This document shows, in pieces, positions 63,331-64,000 of a stretch of 64,000 bases of DNA. Numbering within the stretch: the first letter of the stretch is position 1; each line of letters starts with the position of its first letter. Location: contig OZ316897.1 of assembly GCA_973895155.1 (NCBI GenBank), positions 6,275,327 to 6,339,326 of the forward strand. Reading direction: 5' to 3'. Position numbers and translations under genes: made by a program. The stretch is from Marsupella aquatica. Its lineage: Eukaryota; Plantae; Marchantiophyta. Below the pieces are notes generated by a model. That model searched no databases. It was not told the DNA's origin and was given only the letters and a program-made list of their open reading frames with translations.

Positions 63331-63824
63331 TACACTCATTCAGATTGTTAACTCAATTTCCTTTTGGTGCACCTACCTTTCACATGAGACTGTAAGCATA
63401 GGAGATTGCAAATATAAACAACTCATATTGTATATTGCTGAAGCTTCTACTAGAATTGAGATTCTTAGTGGAAGCATCAACACTATATACTATAAGTTTT
63501 TTATGATGAGACATCATGAATGCCAAAGGAGCATAGGAGGGCTTGACTAAGACTCGAATAATCTTGACAAACACTAAAAAAAGGTGCGCATTTGAAAGAA
63601 CTTTTCTTTTCTTAGTAAGGTATGTTTAAATGAAGGCAAAACTTTACTTAACCTTTTTTAGGGGTCAAAATTTAAGGATTTGGAATTCTTCTAAGTATGA
63701 TAGGGAGGGAGAAAAAAATATTTTACTTAATAAGTTAGGGTCACAAGGGACCAAAACGTCGAGCGTGGTATGGGGTCCTCTGTATACTGAGGCCCCCGAG
63801 GCCACGTCTCATTGCCCACTAGTC

Positions 63825-64000
63825 TTAGAGATGTTATGGTTGTCTTAGAGATAGTATTTGGAGAAGGCACTTGTCAAGTACGGGATGGAGAATACAAAAC
63901 CAGTTGGTAATCCATTGGCTCCCCACTTCAAACTCTCGAAGAATGATTGCCCTTCTAGTGAGAGTGATAGACTGACAATTAATTAGGTTCCCTATGATAG
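63825..64000 (+). mobile_element. Copia RT fragment, probably continuing the element whose 5' LTR is at 48459
   Basis: LWLS*R*YLEKALVKYGMENTKPVGNPLAPHFKLSKNDCP...VPY. Confidence 0.85.

Larger units (their letters stand above)
50903..63800 (+). mobile_element. 12.9-kb P-element-like DNA transposon (8.9 kb without the nested LTR)
   Basis: Perfect 8-bp TSD GCCACGTC at 50895-50902 and 63801-63808; TIRs CCAGGGGTCCTCACT and (reverse complement) CTCGGGGGCCTCAGT, 11/15 identical; ends homologous to the two MITEs; contains a P-type transposase. Confidence 0.9.

Noticed and set aside
50903-63800. hAT assignment because of the 8-bp TSD
   Set aside because: No hAT signatures (CxxH motif, WW dimerisation motif). 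The order DET / SDG / DxxH / DxxExFF fits P-type enzymes.

Overview
Eukaryotic nuclear DNA with GT-AG introns and plant gene and TE families. The TE lineages and divergent orthologues suggest a non-seed land plant such as a bryophyte or lycophyte (inference). Three host genes could be assembled exon by exon: an ASI1/IBM2/SG1 anti-silencing BAH+RRM gene (minus, ~8950-11772), 26S proteasome lid subunit RPN3 (plus, ~19010-21724) and a very long remorin (plus, 38642-44234). The rest is mostly TE debris: Gypsy, Copia and LINE fragments, a Harbinger-type Myb/SANT-like ORF and MITEs. The standout is a 12.9-kb DNA transposon (50903-63800) flanked by a perfect 8-bp TSD (GCCACGTC) and imperfect 15-bp TIRs. 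It encodes (i) a spliced ~1490-aa P-element/THAP9-type DDE transposase with no THAP domain but with C2H2 fingers, an AT-hook and a possible C-terminal BAH-like domain, and (ii) a stand-alone EDM2-type composite PHD-finger protein. Two ~295-bp MITEs elsewhere in the window (3441-3736, 26297-26591) are built from the two ends of this family and have 8-bp TSDs. Nested in the transposon is a 4.0-kb TG...CA solo LTR (5-bp TSD CCAAT) that itself carries an ~880-codon gene; decayed relatives lie at 30.3-32 kb. A Gypsy integrase ending in a PHD finger is also present. All family assignments come from motif recognition by eye, not database searches.
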